This document shows positions 36,101 through 48,646 of a stretch of DNA of 64,000 nucleotides, in pieces. This DNA comes from Callorhinchus milii (Eukaryota). The translations under genes were made by a program, and so were the position numbers. The notes beneath the pieces were generated by a model, which had not been told where the DNA came from, searched no databases, and was given only the letters and a program-made list of their open reading frames with translations. The stretch's first letter is position 1, and every line of letters begins with the position of its first letter. The DNA lies in the NCBI RefSeq assembly GCF_018977255.1, contig NW_024704742.1, forward strand, positions 72,170,001 through 72,234,000, written 5' to 3'.

Positions 36101-39100
36101 TCCACAGCCCCCTCCAAAACCAGCCTCTCCACAGCCCTCCCCAGGGCCAGAATGTCCACAGCCCACCCCAGAGCCAGGCCACCGAAGACAGCGAGAGGGG
36201 GAGTCAGGCGGACTCCTTGTCAGCGAGGGTGGCCAAGCTCCTTCAGGAGGAGCGACCAGCGCAGAGAGCCAGCCACCTGGTGCTGGCAGCCAGTGCGGCT
36301 GAGAGGGGGCACACAGGTACAGAGCAGAGCCTTCCAACCCCCCCGCTAACCTGACCACCCCCCCGCTAACCACAAGCCCCCAGCTATCCTCAACCCCCCC
36401 TCCACTAACCTCAACTCCCCCCCACCTCTGCTAACCTCAACCCCTCCCCCTCTGCTAACCTCAACCCCCCGCTAACCTCAACCCCCACCCCCGCTAACCT
36501 CAACCCCCCCCGTTAACCTCAGTCCCTCCCGCCCCGCTAACCTCACCCCCCGCTAACCTCCCACCCCCATTAACCTCCTATGTCAAGGGCTAGGAGAGGG
36601 TGCAAAGGAGATTTACCAGAATGATTTACCAGAATGTGTAAAGACTAGAGAAGCTGGGATTATTCTCCTTGGAGCAGAAAAGGTTGAGAGGAGATTTAAT
36701 AGAGGTGTTGGTGTTTTTTTTGACGGGTTGGTCGATAACCAGAGGACACAGATTTAAGATAATTGGTAATAGAACCAGAGGGAGACTAGGAGAATTTTTT
36801 TTTATCCAGAGAGTTGTTACGATCTGGAATGCACTGCCTGAAAGGGTGTTGGAAGCAGATACAATAATAACTTTAAAAGGGAATTATATATTTACTTGAA
36901 AGGAAAAAGAATTGCAGTGCTCTGGGGTAAGAGCAGGAGAGTGGGACTAATTGGTAGCTCTTTCAAAGAACGGCACAGGCATGATGGGCCGAATGGCCTC
37001 CTTCTGTGCTGTAAGATTCTATGATTCTTTACCTGTGCTCTAACCTTGGTGTCCCTGACCCGGGAGTGTGGACGGACATTGTAGAGGGAGTGTTAACCCT
37101 ATCTCTAACCATGAGCTGGGAATGTGTACTGACGGATAGTGTAGAGGGAGTGTGTACTGACAGACTGCTGTGTTTATAGGAATTGCCGAGGCGATGTGGG
37201 CGGAGCGGAGCCGGGAGCCGCTGTCAGTGCTGAGTGACGAGGATCGCAGGAAGATCGATGAGATCAAAGCGGAGTTACTCCGTATGTCCCGCAATATCAC
37301 CGGCTCCAAGGTCTCACACTGCCCCACGCTCTCTGTCACTCTCTCTCAATGTGTCACCCTCTCCCTCACTCTGTCATACGCTCTTTCATGCTGCCTCGCG
37401 CTCATTCACTCTGTCACATGCTCTCTCACTTTGTCACACGTTCTCTCACTTTGTCACATGTTCTCTCACTTTGTCACATGTTCTCTCACTTTGTCACATG
37501 TTCTCTCACTTTGTCACATGTTCTCTCACTCTGTCACACGCTCTCTCACTCTGTCACGCTCTCTCTCACTCTGTCACACGGTCTCTGTTGTATACTCTCT
37601 CTCACGCGCTCTTACTCTGTCACTCTGTCATGCTCTCACTCTGTCACACTCTCTCTCTATCACGCTCGCTCTCTATCTCTTGCGCTGTTTCTGTCACACT
37701 CTCTCTCTCTCTCTATCACTCACTCATTGTCTCTCTCTCCCCCTCTCTCTCAGGGCCGCTGGTTGACCTGTGACCCAGAGCCTGGGAGTCTCTCAGATGT
37801 TTGCTCCCCGGACTCTGCCCTCACTGCCTGCAGGCTCCCAGCGCCAACACTGAAACCAGCCCCACCAGCGGGTGCTGGACCCAACCCTCCACCAGAGCCA
37901 CAGACCCCCATAGTTTCTATCACCTTCTCCTCCCGCAAACGGCTCACTCCATCCATCCCCCACGAGGGAGCCCCAGCCCAACCCCTCACACAGGGCACTG
38001 ACTCCGAGTTTGTGGCTGGCAACACAACTGGCAATGGCATCAGAGTTGGCACTATGACTGGCACACGGCTTGGCAGTGGGGTTGGCACTGTGACTGGCAC
38101 ACGGGCTAGCACTGTGACTGACACACAGGCTGGCAGTGGGGTTGGCAAGACAACTGGCACTGGCAACAGGGTTGGCACTGTGGCTGGCACTCGGCTTCGC
38201 AGTGAGGTTGGTCCTGTGACTGGCACATGGGCTGGCAGTGGGGTTGGCAATACAACTGCCACTGGCACCAGGGTTGGCTCTGTGACTGGCACACAGCTTG
38301 GCAGTGAGGTTAGCCCTAAGCCTGGCACACGGCTTGGCAGTGAGTTTGGCCCAGTGACTGGCACCCGGGCTGGCAGTGGGGTTGGCACTGTGACTGGCCC
38401 AGGGTGCCGTGGCTTTCCAGTTGCACCAGTGTTTGTGCCGTTTTCCGTAGCGGATCCCGGCCGGGATGAGCGGGAGCAGACACCGCTGGCCGTCCCCAAG
38501 GCCACGGCAAACGGTGCCAGTTCCTCCCCCTCGGCACACCCAGCACGCTCCCATGTCCAGCTGACCATTTCCCCCCGGCGCTTGGCCCCGCTCAGCCAAA
38601 CCATGTTGCCTCCAGGCAAACTGCAGCTCACCCGCGAGGACGGGGGAGCCCCTCCCCGAGCACTGTCTCCGCCCGGTGCTGCCGCCTCACTGGCTCATGG
38701 CCCACCCTACCCCCCACTCCCCATGCCCACGCCTGGCTTCTACCCAGCATTGCCAGTTGAGCTGCACCTCCCCCTGGGGGGCCCTGGCACACAGCAACCT
38801 ACTGAGGTGGGGGCCAGGGTACACGCCGCAACACAGACAGGCCTGACGGTGCCGGCAAAGAGCAGTTGTGACCCAGCCCAGCGCAGGAGCAGCAGAGCCA
38901 GCACCGCACACAGCCCCGGGGCACACACCAGGAGCAGAGGTGGGTGAATAGCCGCAACACCTGACATCACGGTGGGGGGTGGGTGGGGGTGGTTATGCAG
39001 GGTGTCCACAAAGTCCTGTTACCCCACCTTGCACAACAGAGAGGAGACGACGGAAACAGGCTGTCAGAGATGCATTTCGCCTCCTCCCATCATGTTATGG

Positions 39101-42100
39101 AAGATGTGGCACCGAACATGGCGACGGGTCATTATCTGCCATGAGAATGATGGCGCTCACACACACTGGTCATCTGGACGTCTAAATACAGTTAAACACT
39201 TGTACTGTATACAGCTAAATACTTCTAAATACAATTACCTACATTCTTCCACATGTTCCCGTTGGTCAAACATCGGGGTAACAGGATTTTGGGGACACCC
39301 TGTAAAATACAGTTCAAGCGTTCTGAGATGTTATCCGGTGTGAAAAGCGCTCTATAAGTGCAAGTTGCTATATTTATTCAGTGCCTTCGTGTCAGCGGAG
39401 TGGGGGGGTGGGGGTTGCATCTGAAAGCACATTTGCAATACTTGCTGGTACCTAGGAGGGGTAGGGGGTGGGATGGAGGATGGAGAGCCAGAGAGGGGGC
39501 AGGACGGGAGAACTCCGCCGATGGTGTTAGGAGGGGCAGGTTGGGGGCTTGCGGCCATGACAACAGGGGCGTGACAGACTGGAACCTAATCCAGGAGTTG
39601 GGGGGGAGTTATATATAGAACAATAGATTTTAACATCACAATTCCCCCCCAACCCCCATTGTCACAATGCTGTGTCTGGTGAGGAGGGGGTGTCGCTAAA
39701 TTCCATCTCAGTGACCTGTTGCTTGGCCAACGTGGAACAGGAGGTGTGTGTGAGTTTTTTTGTGTGTGTGTATATTTTGGGGCTGGGGGGTGGGTATTGC
39801 CTGTGTGTGTGTGAGAGAGGAGGCAGGGAAATGCCAGAGTGTGTGTTTGTGGGGGAGGGGAGATTGCCTGAGTGTGTGAGAGGGGAGGCGGGCGATTGCC
39901 TGTGTGTGTGTGTGTGTGGGGTGGGGGGGGGGTGGGGACGTGGGTGAGATTGCCAGTGTGTGTGTGGGTGGAGAGCGTAACTGTTTTTCCGCACTGATGG
40001 TTTAGTTTGTACTGACAGAGCCACCAGTGATTTTGCCGTATCGACCAGCAGGCAGTGCCGAGGTTTTCTACGTCCCATATATGGAGTGCCGCAGCACATC
40101 GTCTCCTCCGAGCTCGGAGACCAGCACCGACAGCTCCCGGGAGCATGGTCAGTATGTGACTCCCCCTTTCCCCTCCTCCTCCCCCCCCCCCCCCCGCTGT
40201 GGGTCCATGTGTGTGTTGTAGGGGAACGCAGCAGCCAAATTGTGCAGAGTGATGTCCCACCAACAGCTGTGAAGTTAACATGCAATTTATCATTATTATC
40301 TGGGGGATTGTTGGCCAGGTAAAGAGAAACTCCCTTTTCTTTTCCCAATAGTCCTGTAGCTCAGTGGTTAGAGCACTCGCCTCATAAGTGAGAGACCTGG
40401 GTTCTATTCCCGGGCAGGGCGAAACGTTAGGCACGTTTCCTTACTCCACATGCCTCTGTTTACTGAGCAGTATGTACGAACCTGGTTGTTAGTCGATGGG
40501 GGATGCAATTCTAGTGGTTGGGGGCAGAGTGGCTGAAGGCTCTCTCACCAATAGTGGGGCGGGTGGGTCAGGGGATGTGGAGCAGGCCAGAGCCGGCTGA
40601 GCGGAGGGAGCGGGCGGGTTGGTAGGGGGTTAGAAGGTCGCAGAGGTAGGGTGGGGCGAGGCCATAGAGGGCTTTGTAGGTGAGGACCAGGATCTTGAAC
40701 TGGATCCTCTGAAGGATAGGGAGCCAATGGAGTCGGGTGAGAGTGGGGGAGATGGATTACGGAGTTTGGTGCGGGAGAGGACACGGGCTGCAGAGTTCTG
40801 GATTATCTGCAGCCTATGGAGAGAGGAGTTGGGAAGGCCGACAAGCAGGGGGTTTGCATAGTGAAGCCTGGAGGTGATGAAGGCATGAACAAGAGTTTCA
40901 GTGGCCTGAGTTTCAGTGGCGGAGTCGGGCGATGTTATGGAGGTGAGGGAATGCAGAGCGGGTCATGGCTTGGATGTGAGGGAGAAAAGACAGTTGAGGG
41001 CGAACAAGACACCGAGGTTCCTGACTGGCGGTGAGTTGAAGTGTGCAACCACGGAGGTTGATGCTGTCAGAGCCTGAGGTGCTGAGGCGCTGGTGTGAGC
41101 CAATCAGGAGGACCTCAGTCTTGTTCACATTCAACTGTAAGAAATTAGCACCTTGGGATGTTTAACGTCCACGTGAGCAGTGCACAGACAGGAACTCTGT
41201 TTAAAGTCTAACCTGAAGGACGGTGTCTCTTGACAATGCATTGCTCTCTCTCCCCAGCACTGCACTGGAGTGTCAGCCTGGACCCTGAGCTTCAGTGCTC
41301 AGTCGTGTGCTGTCGGTGCCGTCTGTTTTGCTCTGTCTGTTCTGACTGTTTCTCCGACAGGTGTGGAATGCGAGGACCTCCGTCACCGGCATAGCTCTGT
41401 CACCACGGGTATGAGTGGCCGGCAGCCCCCCACCTTGTTAGTAAGATCACAGGTGGGCCGGGGCCTGCACTCCCCTAGCCCGCAGAACATGACCAGGGGC
41501 AGCAGTGCCGGTGGCTTCTGTGGACCCCCGGAGACGGACCCCGGCATCTGGACGAGCGGTGGCGAGGCTCCGAAAAGAACGAGGGTCCTGGCCCAAGCCA
41601 CCCAGCCCGGCGGCAGCCTGAATGAGCTGTGGCAGAGGTTTAAGCAGCGGCAAACCCGGCGGACAGGGTCCGACACCGCCAGTGAGCTGTCCCTGTTGGA
41701 ACGGCTGGAGAGGCTGGCTGACCTGCTCCGTGATCCTGTCCGGCATTCTCTGCTCTCCCAGGGCGTTCCCGACCGGCAATCCTTGCTCTCTGAGGGGGAA
41801 CTGTGCAGTGACTCAGGCACGGAGGAAATCTGCACCGAGCGGATCAGAAAGATCCTGAGCCGAGAACGCCAGCTCCCCACCCCCGGCACCGATACGGACA
41901 CCAGCCTCAGCACCCTGACCCCGGCCCCCAGTGACCTCTCCACCATCGACACAGCCCGGTTGGTACGGGCCTTCGGACTGGCCAGAGTGGAGGCAGCGCC
42001 ACTCGTTCGCCTATACGGGGCTGTGCGCAGGCAGAGGGAGGGCACCCAGCAAGGACGGCATACAGCTCATCATCATCACACACAGGTTAGTGCCATTCCT

Positions 42101-45100
42101 GCTCTCACACAATGTCTCACACACTCTGTTTCTCACACAATGTCACCCACGTTCTCCCCGTCTCTCTCACACTCTCTCCCTCTCTCACACAATGCCTGTT
42201 CCTCTCTCACACACACAATGTCTCCCCCTTTCTATTACACACAATGTCTCCCCCTCTCTCACAAGCATCTCACAAACACTTTCACAAACTTATCTCACTC
42301 ACACATTTGCGCACACCCACACACTTTCTCACATTGTCTCTCATTCACACAGAATCTCACACACTCACTCACACTCTGACACGCTCATTCTCACACTCAC
42401 ACTCTCTTTCGCTCGCTCTTACACTGTCTCTCTCGTTCTGACACTCGTTCTGACACATTGTCGCTCACATACACGCGCGCACACACTTTCTCCGTCTCAC
42501 ACACTCTCTCGCACATACTCTCTCTGGCACCCTCTCTGTCTCTCACACACTCTCTCTCTCTCTCTCCCCACCCAGCGCTCCCCCAGAACAGTAATGACTG
42601 ATGCTGTGAGTGGGGAGAGCTGCTCCTGGCGAGGGCCATCTTGTCAGCTTCGCAACAAAAAGCTCCTTCACAAGGGAGTACAGGCAGGTCTGTGTCTGTG
42701 TGCACGTAGGTGTCTGGTCAGCGTATGGGGGTGGCAGTGTGGGGAGTGGGGGGTTAGCGTCTGGGTCAGTGTGGGGAGATCAGTGTGTGGGGACAGTGTG
42801 GGGGTTGGGGGGTTAGCGTCTGGGTCAGTGTGGGGAGGTCAGTGTGTGGGGGGCAGTGTGTGAGGGTCAGTGTGGGCGGGCAGTGTGAGGGGCAGTGTGT
42901 GAGGGTCAGTGTGTGGGGACAGTGTGGGGAGGTGGGGGGTTAGCGTCTGGGTCAGTGGGGGGCAGTGTCTGAGGGTCAGTGTGTGGGGACAGTGTGGGGA
43001 GGTGGGGGGTTAGCGTCTGGGTCAGTGGGGGGCAGTGTGTGAAGGTCAGTGTGGACGGGCAGTGTGAGGGGCAGTGTGCGGGGGTCAGTGTGGGCTGGCA
43101 GTGGGGGGGGATCAGTGTGGGGAGTCAGTGTGTTGGCCAGTGTGTGTGGGGGGGGGGGCAGTGTGTGTGGGTCAATGTTGGGGGGGATCAGTGTGGGGGG
43201 CAGTTTCGGGAGTTAGTGTCAGGGGTAGTGTCAGGATGCCCTGGAGTCCTCTCTATGTCTCCCCTCTCCTCCAGCCTCGTACTCTCTGTGTCACAGGTGA
43301 TGTGGAGATCGTCCCAAGTGCGACCAAGCGACACACCCGCGATGTGGGCACAACCTTCCCCTCCCCCACCACCAGCACCGGGCGCCAAGACCCCCTCCAC
43401 ACCGGCACCAGGGCCCAGAGACATCGCAAGACCGTGCCCCCAGGTCAGACACCCGCCCCGTTACTGACCCCCCCACCCGTCACTGAGCCCCCACCCGTCA
43501 CTGAGCCCCCACATCACTGACCCCCCCCCATCACTGATCACAATCATTGACCCCCCCATCACTACCCCCCCCGCCCCCGTCACTAACCCCCCCCCCCCCC
43601 CCCATCACTGACCCCCCCCCCGCCCCCCATCACTGACCCCTCCCCACTCTGCTCACAGCTGTGACCTGGTTTGTGCCGGCCGAGGAGCTGCAGTGGGAGA
43701 GTCGGAAGGAGAATTTTCCGGTGTGTGTTCGTGTGCCGGCCCTGGACTCCCGGTACCGGGCCCCGCTGAGAGAGCGGCAGCTACAGGCGGGGGTGGGGGT
43801 GCGCTGCCACCCCCTCCCCTCTCCTTACACAGCACCAACAACCCTCATACCTCTCACATTACAGGTAAGCCCCCCTCCCACACACACACACCCACATCTC
43901 TCTCTCTCTCCCACTCTCTCACATACTCTCATGCGCTCTGACTATCTGTCTCACCCTTGCTCAGTCTCTTTCTCTCACGCACTATCTCTCTCTAAATCTT
44001 TCGCACACGCTCTCACATGCGCTTTCGATCACGCACTCTCCCTCTCTTATCTCACACACTCATACACTATGTCTGTCTCACACACTCTCTCTCACACAAT
44101 CTCTCGCTCATATGCTCTTACATGCTTTCTCACGTGATCTCTCTCACATTTGCTCTCCCACATGCTCCCTCTTTGTCACAGGCTCTCACACGCTCTCTCA
44201 CTCACATACTCTCACTCTCTCTCTGTGACATAGGAGGCTCTGGCTATGAACCGCCCTGACTTTATATCTCACTCACGGGAGCGGGTTAGACGGCTGGAGT
44301 TGTTTGCTGAAGAGCGCAGACTGCAGAGCGAGCTACAGAGCGAGAGACTGTGGCTCTTCAACCCCCCACTAGCCCACTGCAGCCCTCCATCCCGGCCTCT
44401 CACAGGTACTGTCACCCCCAGCACCGCCTCCACCCCCCAGTGGCCCTCAACCCGGCCTCTCACAGGTGCTGTCACCCCCAGGCCTGCCTCCAACCCCCGC
44501 CTCACTCCCAAATGGCCAAACAGGAATGACAAACACACTCCCCACCCTACCCCCACTGAATGCTGTTTGCTGTGTGTTTGCTTTTGTTGGCCACAATCAC
44601 CAGGATCCAGGTCATGTTTGTTTGTGTGTTGCGCTGTGTGTGGAGCTGCTCGGAGCTGCTGGACGCCAGTAACTCTTCTATTTTCACATTCAGAGAATAC
44701 AATTTTCTGGAAGAAAAAAATCACGAGGAAGGAAATGGTGCTGAGATCAAAGCGGTGAGTCCACCCCCCCCAACCCCCCCTCGCCCCCACCCGTCTGTGC
44801 CCCCCCCCATTGTGCTGTTCTCACGCTGGCTACTGTTTGCAGAATGTATAACCAGTTGTCTGAGGTCACAAGGCGGCGAGAGGAGGAGAAGCGAAAAGCT
44901 GAAAATCGCAGCAACCGATTGAAAGCTCAACTTTATAAGAAGGTCAGTGAGTCTAGAACTGTCAGACTGAGGGCCTTACACACAGTGAGTGGGAGTGAGG
45001 TGACAGGTCAGCCTGAGGGACAGAGAGCGATTGAGGAGTGCGAGGGGGTCAGGCTGAGGGAGTTACACACAGCGAGTGGGGAGTGAGGGGATCAGACTGA

Positions 45101-45539
45101 GGGAATTACACACAGTGAGTGGGAGTTAGGTGACAGGTCTGCCTGAGGGACAGAGAGCGATTGAGGAGTGCGAGGGGGTCAGGCTGAGGGAGTTACACAC
45201 AGCGAGTGGGGAGTGAGGGGATCAGGCTGAGGGAGTTACACACAGCGAGTGGGGAGTGAGGGGATCAGACTGAGGGAGTTACACACAGCGAGTGGGGAGT
45301 GAGGGGATCAGGCTGAGGGAGTTACACACAGCGAGTGGGGAGTGAGGTGATGGTGGAGGGATAGTATGAGCGATGTAAGAGTTCAGATAAATAGTGAATG
45401 AGGTAGAGGGGGCGGGTGTTGGTTGCAGGTTGGTGTTGGGTTCTGTCCGCAGTTCTGTCTGACTCGCTCGCTCTCTGTCACTTTGTTTCTGCAGAAAGTC
45501 ACTAACCGTGTCCTGGGCAGGAAGGTGGCCTGGGAGTGA
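26910..45539 (+). CDS. ALMS1: ALMS1 centrosome/basal body protein, 18 coding exons, about 2,144 aa if one missing base near 32435 is restored
   Basis: Exons: 26910-26927 (least certain), 30114-30245, 30712-30892, 31783-31915, 32164-34164, 34553-34700, 35510-36316, 37180-37310, 37754-38939, 40019-40147, 41361-42085, 42576-42687, 43297-43443, 43659-43864, 44234-44405, 44694-44754, 44843-44942, 45495-45539. All GT-AG and phase-compatible. ALMS1 motifs: [101 protein letters not shown], and the C-terminal ALMS motif. Confidence 0.93.
27255..30047 (+). mobile_element. L2 LINE in ALMS1 intron 1, same young family as 5690-8650, with a SINE tail inserted (27322-27526, -) and about 440 nt deleted at about 29201
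   Basis: Closely colinear with the first copy. Jumps from LLVLL to GADSISI, losing YADD. Confidence 0.93.
30370..30706 (+). mobile_element. tRNA-derived SINE abutting ALMS1 exon 3
   Basis: Head remnant (gggttcaattccagggcggggc), family middle, tail ...aaatgcaaggattattatt. Confidence 0.75.
30925..31246 (-). mobile_element. Tc1/mariner-type MITE, degraded; inverted relative to 38998-39302
   Basis: Internal sequence is the reverse complement of the second copy; TIR remnants (gtctacaaagtcctgttact / taacaagattttgaggaca). Confidence 0.75.
31290..31682 (+). mobile_element. DeuSINE (SacSINE1-like)
   Basis: ggaggtgccgtccttcggatgagatgttaaagtgaggtcccatctgcc...ggacgttaaagatcccatggcactattt Deu-like core, tRNA-like head, shared tail. 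Confidence 0.8.
32164..34164 (+). CDS. ALMS1: ALMS1 exon 5 (largest; contains the apparent frameshift and a 12-aa repeat)
   Basis: Starts (R)AAPDLS..SLSQHSF; ends [27 protein letters not shown] and splices in phase to [16 protein letters not shown]. Confidence 0.85.
36580..37030 (+). mobile_element. CR1 LINE 3' fragment
   Basis: [33 protein letters not shown], and the 3' UTR gatgggccgaatggcctccttctgtgctgtaagattctatgattc. Confidence 0.9.
38998..39302 (+). mobile_element. Tc1/mariner-type MITE
   Basis: 28-nt TIRs CAGGGTGTCCACAAAGTCCTGTTACCCC / GGGGTAACAGGATTTTGGGGACACCCTG; TA on the right flank (TG on the left); no transposase. Confidence 0.85.
40351..40505 (+). mobile_element. tRNA-derived SINE 5' part
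   Basis: Cloverleaf-like head 40351-40420 followed by the SINE family middle. Confidence 0.8.
40545..41150 (-). mobile_element. L2 LINE 3' fragment
   Basis: [24 protein letters not shown] and downstream L2 sequence on the minus strand. Confidence 0.85.
44234..45539 (+). CDS. ALMS1: ALMS1 terminal exons encoding the ALMS motif
   Basis: [23 protein letters not shown]...[60 protein letters not shown] (human ends RAQLYKKRVTNQLLGRKVPWD). Confidence 0.96.
44960..45348. repeat. 39-nt minisatellite in the last ALMS1 intron
   Basis: gggagttacacacagcgagtggggagtgaggggatcag(a/g)ctga units. Confidence 0.85.
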
Positions 45540-46289
45540 AAGCAGCTTCTGCCCCATTAGCGTGTGAGTGTATGTGTGAGCGTGTCTGAGTGTGTGTGAG
45601 CAGAACGTATCAGTGAGTTTGTGTGAGTGTGTCAGTGTGTGAGCATGCGAGTGTGTGATCGTATCAGTGAGTGTGACTGGTGTAATAGTGTGTGTGAGCA
45701 TGTCAGTGAGTGTCATCAGGTATTTGAGCATGTCAGTGAGTATGTGAGCGTGTCAATGTGTGAGCGTATCAGCAAGTGTGTGAGCTTGTCAGTGTGAGCG
45801 CATGTGTGAGCATTAGTGTGATCACCGCAGTGTCTGATCAGTGTAATAGTAAGCATGTCAGTGTGTGAGCGTGTCAGTGCATGTGAGTGTGTGAGCATTA
45901 ATGTGTGATTGTGTTCAGTGAGTGTGATTGGTGTAATAGTGAGCGTCTGTGTGTGTGTGAGCATGTCAGTGAGTGTGTCTGTGTATGTCATCGGTGTCAG
46001 GGAGTGCGTATGATTGGTATGTGAGTGTGCGTGAGTGAGATTGGTGAGTCAGGAAGTGTGTGCATAAGTTTGATTAGTGTTCCGAGTGGGGGGGTTGGGG
46101 GGCTCGGGTGTGTGCAGGCTGGTGAAGCCAGCTGTGAGCCAGGCTGTCTGAAGATTATTTTATATTTTGCGTGAGTTTTATTTTTGTACTTTAATAATGT
46201 TTATGGTAGAGAATTTAGGTTGTGTCTTGGCGTGTTTATAAATTGATGTGAAGTTTAGGATTCGTGTTTGTTTGGAGCTGAATATTTAT

Positions 46290-46295
46290 AATAAA
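46290..46295 (+). terminator. ALMS1 polyadenylation signal
   Basis: AATAAA after a U-rich 3' UTR, about 750 nt past the stop codon. Confidence 0.6.
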
Positions 46296-47474
46296 CACCT
46301 TTCAGAAACCTCTGCTCGGCACTGTGACTCCTCAGCTGTTGGCACTGACTGGCCCTGGTCTCTGCCTCACCCCCAGAGAGACAACAACAGGCAGTAGAGA
46401 TTTACCAGGATCTTACCCAAAACTAGACAAGTACAGTGGAAGCCTGTTAAGCCGGACACATTGGGCGGCTGTTTTGTCCGACTTAAGAGGCGTCCGAGGT
46501 TAACCAAAATACCATTCCCACCCAGCAGGAGCGTCACCGTTGTTTCACTTGAAGCAATGTTAACGAACCAGTTGGAAGTTAAAATACTCTCACAGAATTC
46601 AATAAAATAGATTTACTTTTATTTGGCTGCAAAACACAGTCCGGTACTCTCCCTCCCAGCAGAGGAGCAGCAGTGCTCCCTCCCTCCCATTTGCGTTCTC
46701 GTTGGATGGGAAGAGGATCAATGAGAGGCGCTGAGGTGATTGACACCCACAGCCAATTGTGAACATTTGGGCTCCACCATTTGCAAGAGCTCAGCTGTCA
46801 GTCAATCACAATTCCCCTCACTGATTGACAACCCAACTCCAGCCGCTTGTGAATGGCTGGAGTCAATCGATCTTAGACTCCTCGCATCTCCATCCTGGAG
46901 CTGTTTGGGGCAGAATGGATACACGGGAGGCCTGAGTGAGTACCTGCAGTAGTGACCAACATGGCATTTTTCTCAGATTAACTGGATATTCATTTGAATT
47001 CACTGATATATTTAAAACAGATAAGAATGCAAATAAATCACGGCCAGGAGTTTTGTTCGATTTACCCCCTTGAGAGGGAGGGCAGATTGGAATGGAATAT
47101 AGGCATATAAGAATTGCTGGACGAAAAACCAAGGGCCATCCAGTTGGCCTTCCACTATCCTGGCATGTCATGTACAAACTAGATATTTATACTGAGATAT
47201 TATTTCCTAAAATAAATTTGAAACAATCAACACTTCCCTCGTATCCCTACGGAGCATGTTCCATACATTGACCTATGGATAGGTTGGTTTGCGAATGATA
47301 AAAGGGGATGTGAGGAGTGTGTGACAAACAGGTTGTGTGGAAATAAACACCAGCAAGATAGAATGGGTCAAACAGTCAATTATATACCCCGTGTGTCAGC
47401 CTGGCGCAGTGGAACCGCTCTCGCCTCGGAGTCAGAAGATGTGGGTTCAAGCCCCACGTTGTCTTATCGAATCA

Positions 47475-48476
47475 GCTTCCACCACCCTTTCAGGCAATGC
47501 ATTCCAGATCCGAACAACTCACTGCGTGAAAAAAAATTCTCCTCACCTCCTGTTTCTTTTAAGAACTGGTTTATATCGGTGCCCTCGGGTTACCAACCCA
47601 CCCGCCAGTGAAAATAGTTTCCCCTTGTTCACCCTATCGAATCCCCTCATAATTTTGAAAACTATTTCAATTTCAATTTCTATTAAGTCTCCTCTTAACC
47701 TTCTCTGCTCCAAGGAGAATAATCCCAGCTTCTCTCGCCTCTCCTGATAACTGAAGTCCCTCATTCCTGGTACCATCCTGGTAAATCTCTGCACCCTCTC
47801 CAATACCTTGACGTCCTTCCTAAAGTGTCGTCCTCTTCCAGTTGAGTATCTTCACCTTTGATTGCTCCTTGTCCCTTTCCATAAGTACTCTAAACCTAAT
47901 GATGTTCTCTCACCTCTCAATCTTCTTTTCCAACGTGAACATACCCAATTTACTTAGTTGCTCTTCATCGTCCAGTCCCTCTGTTCCCTCAATAATTTTG
48001 GTTGCCCTCCTCTATCTTTTCGATTTCTCCAAAATCCTTTTTGTACTGTGGCGACCAGAACTATACACAGTACTCTTAAGTATGGTTTCACCAATGATTT
48101 ATACAGTGGCAGGATTACCCCACTATTTCAGCTTGCTATTGATCTTTTGATACATCCCGACATCTGGTTTGCTTTACTCACTGACACAGAGCATTGTTGG
48201 GAGAGCTTCAATTTATTATCAATCAGGACCCCCAGGTCCTTTTCATTTTCCATACATATTATTTTCCTTCTGCTCAAATAATAATCCCTTCCAGGATTTT
48301 TTGTCCATATGTTAAGTATTTTACATTTCTCCACATTGAATTTCATCTGCTAACTATTTGCCCAATTCCCAAATATGTTCAAATCTTCCTGTAACCTATC
48401 TTGTTCAGCATCGCAATCTACCACCTTCATTTCTTTGGTGTCATCTGCAAACTTCGCCACTGTGCTTGCGACTCCT
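47475..48476 (-). mobile_element. CR1 LINE fragments (two adjacent pieces)
   Basis: [50 protein letters not shown]. Confidence 0.9.
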
Positions 48477-48646
48477 AGTTCCAAATCTTGTGAAGCATTT
48501 GAAACATCCCCCTGATGAGAGATAATAATAATCCCTGCATTTGATATAACACCTTCTCAAGTTGTTGAGATGTCTCAAAGAGCTTCACTTTAAACAATCC
48601 CAAACTCAAAGGGTTGAGGGAAAGAATCAGTGTCTGTGGCATAATT

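Noticed and set aside
40351..40421. True tRNA-Met(CAT) gene
   Set aside because: Continues into the SINE body with no oligo-T terminator; sibling copies have other loop triplets.
46433..46510. TA-CAGTGGAA start resembling a pogo/Tigger TIR
   Set aside because: No matching second TIR identified.
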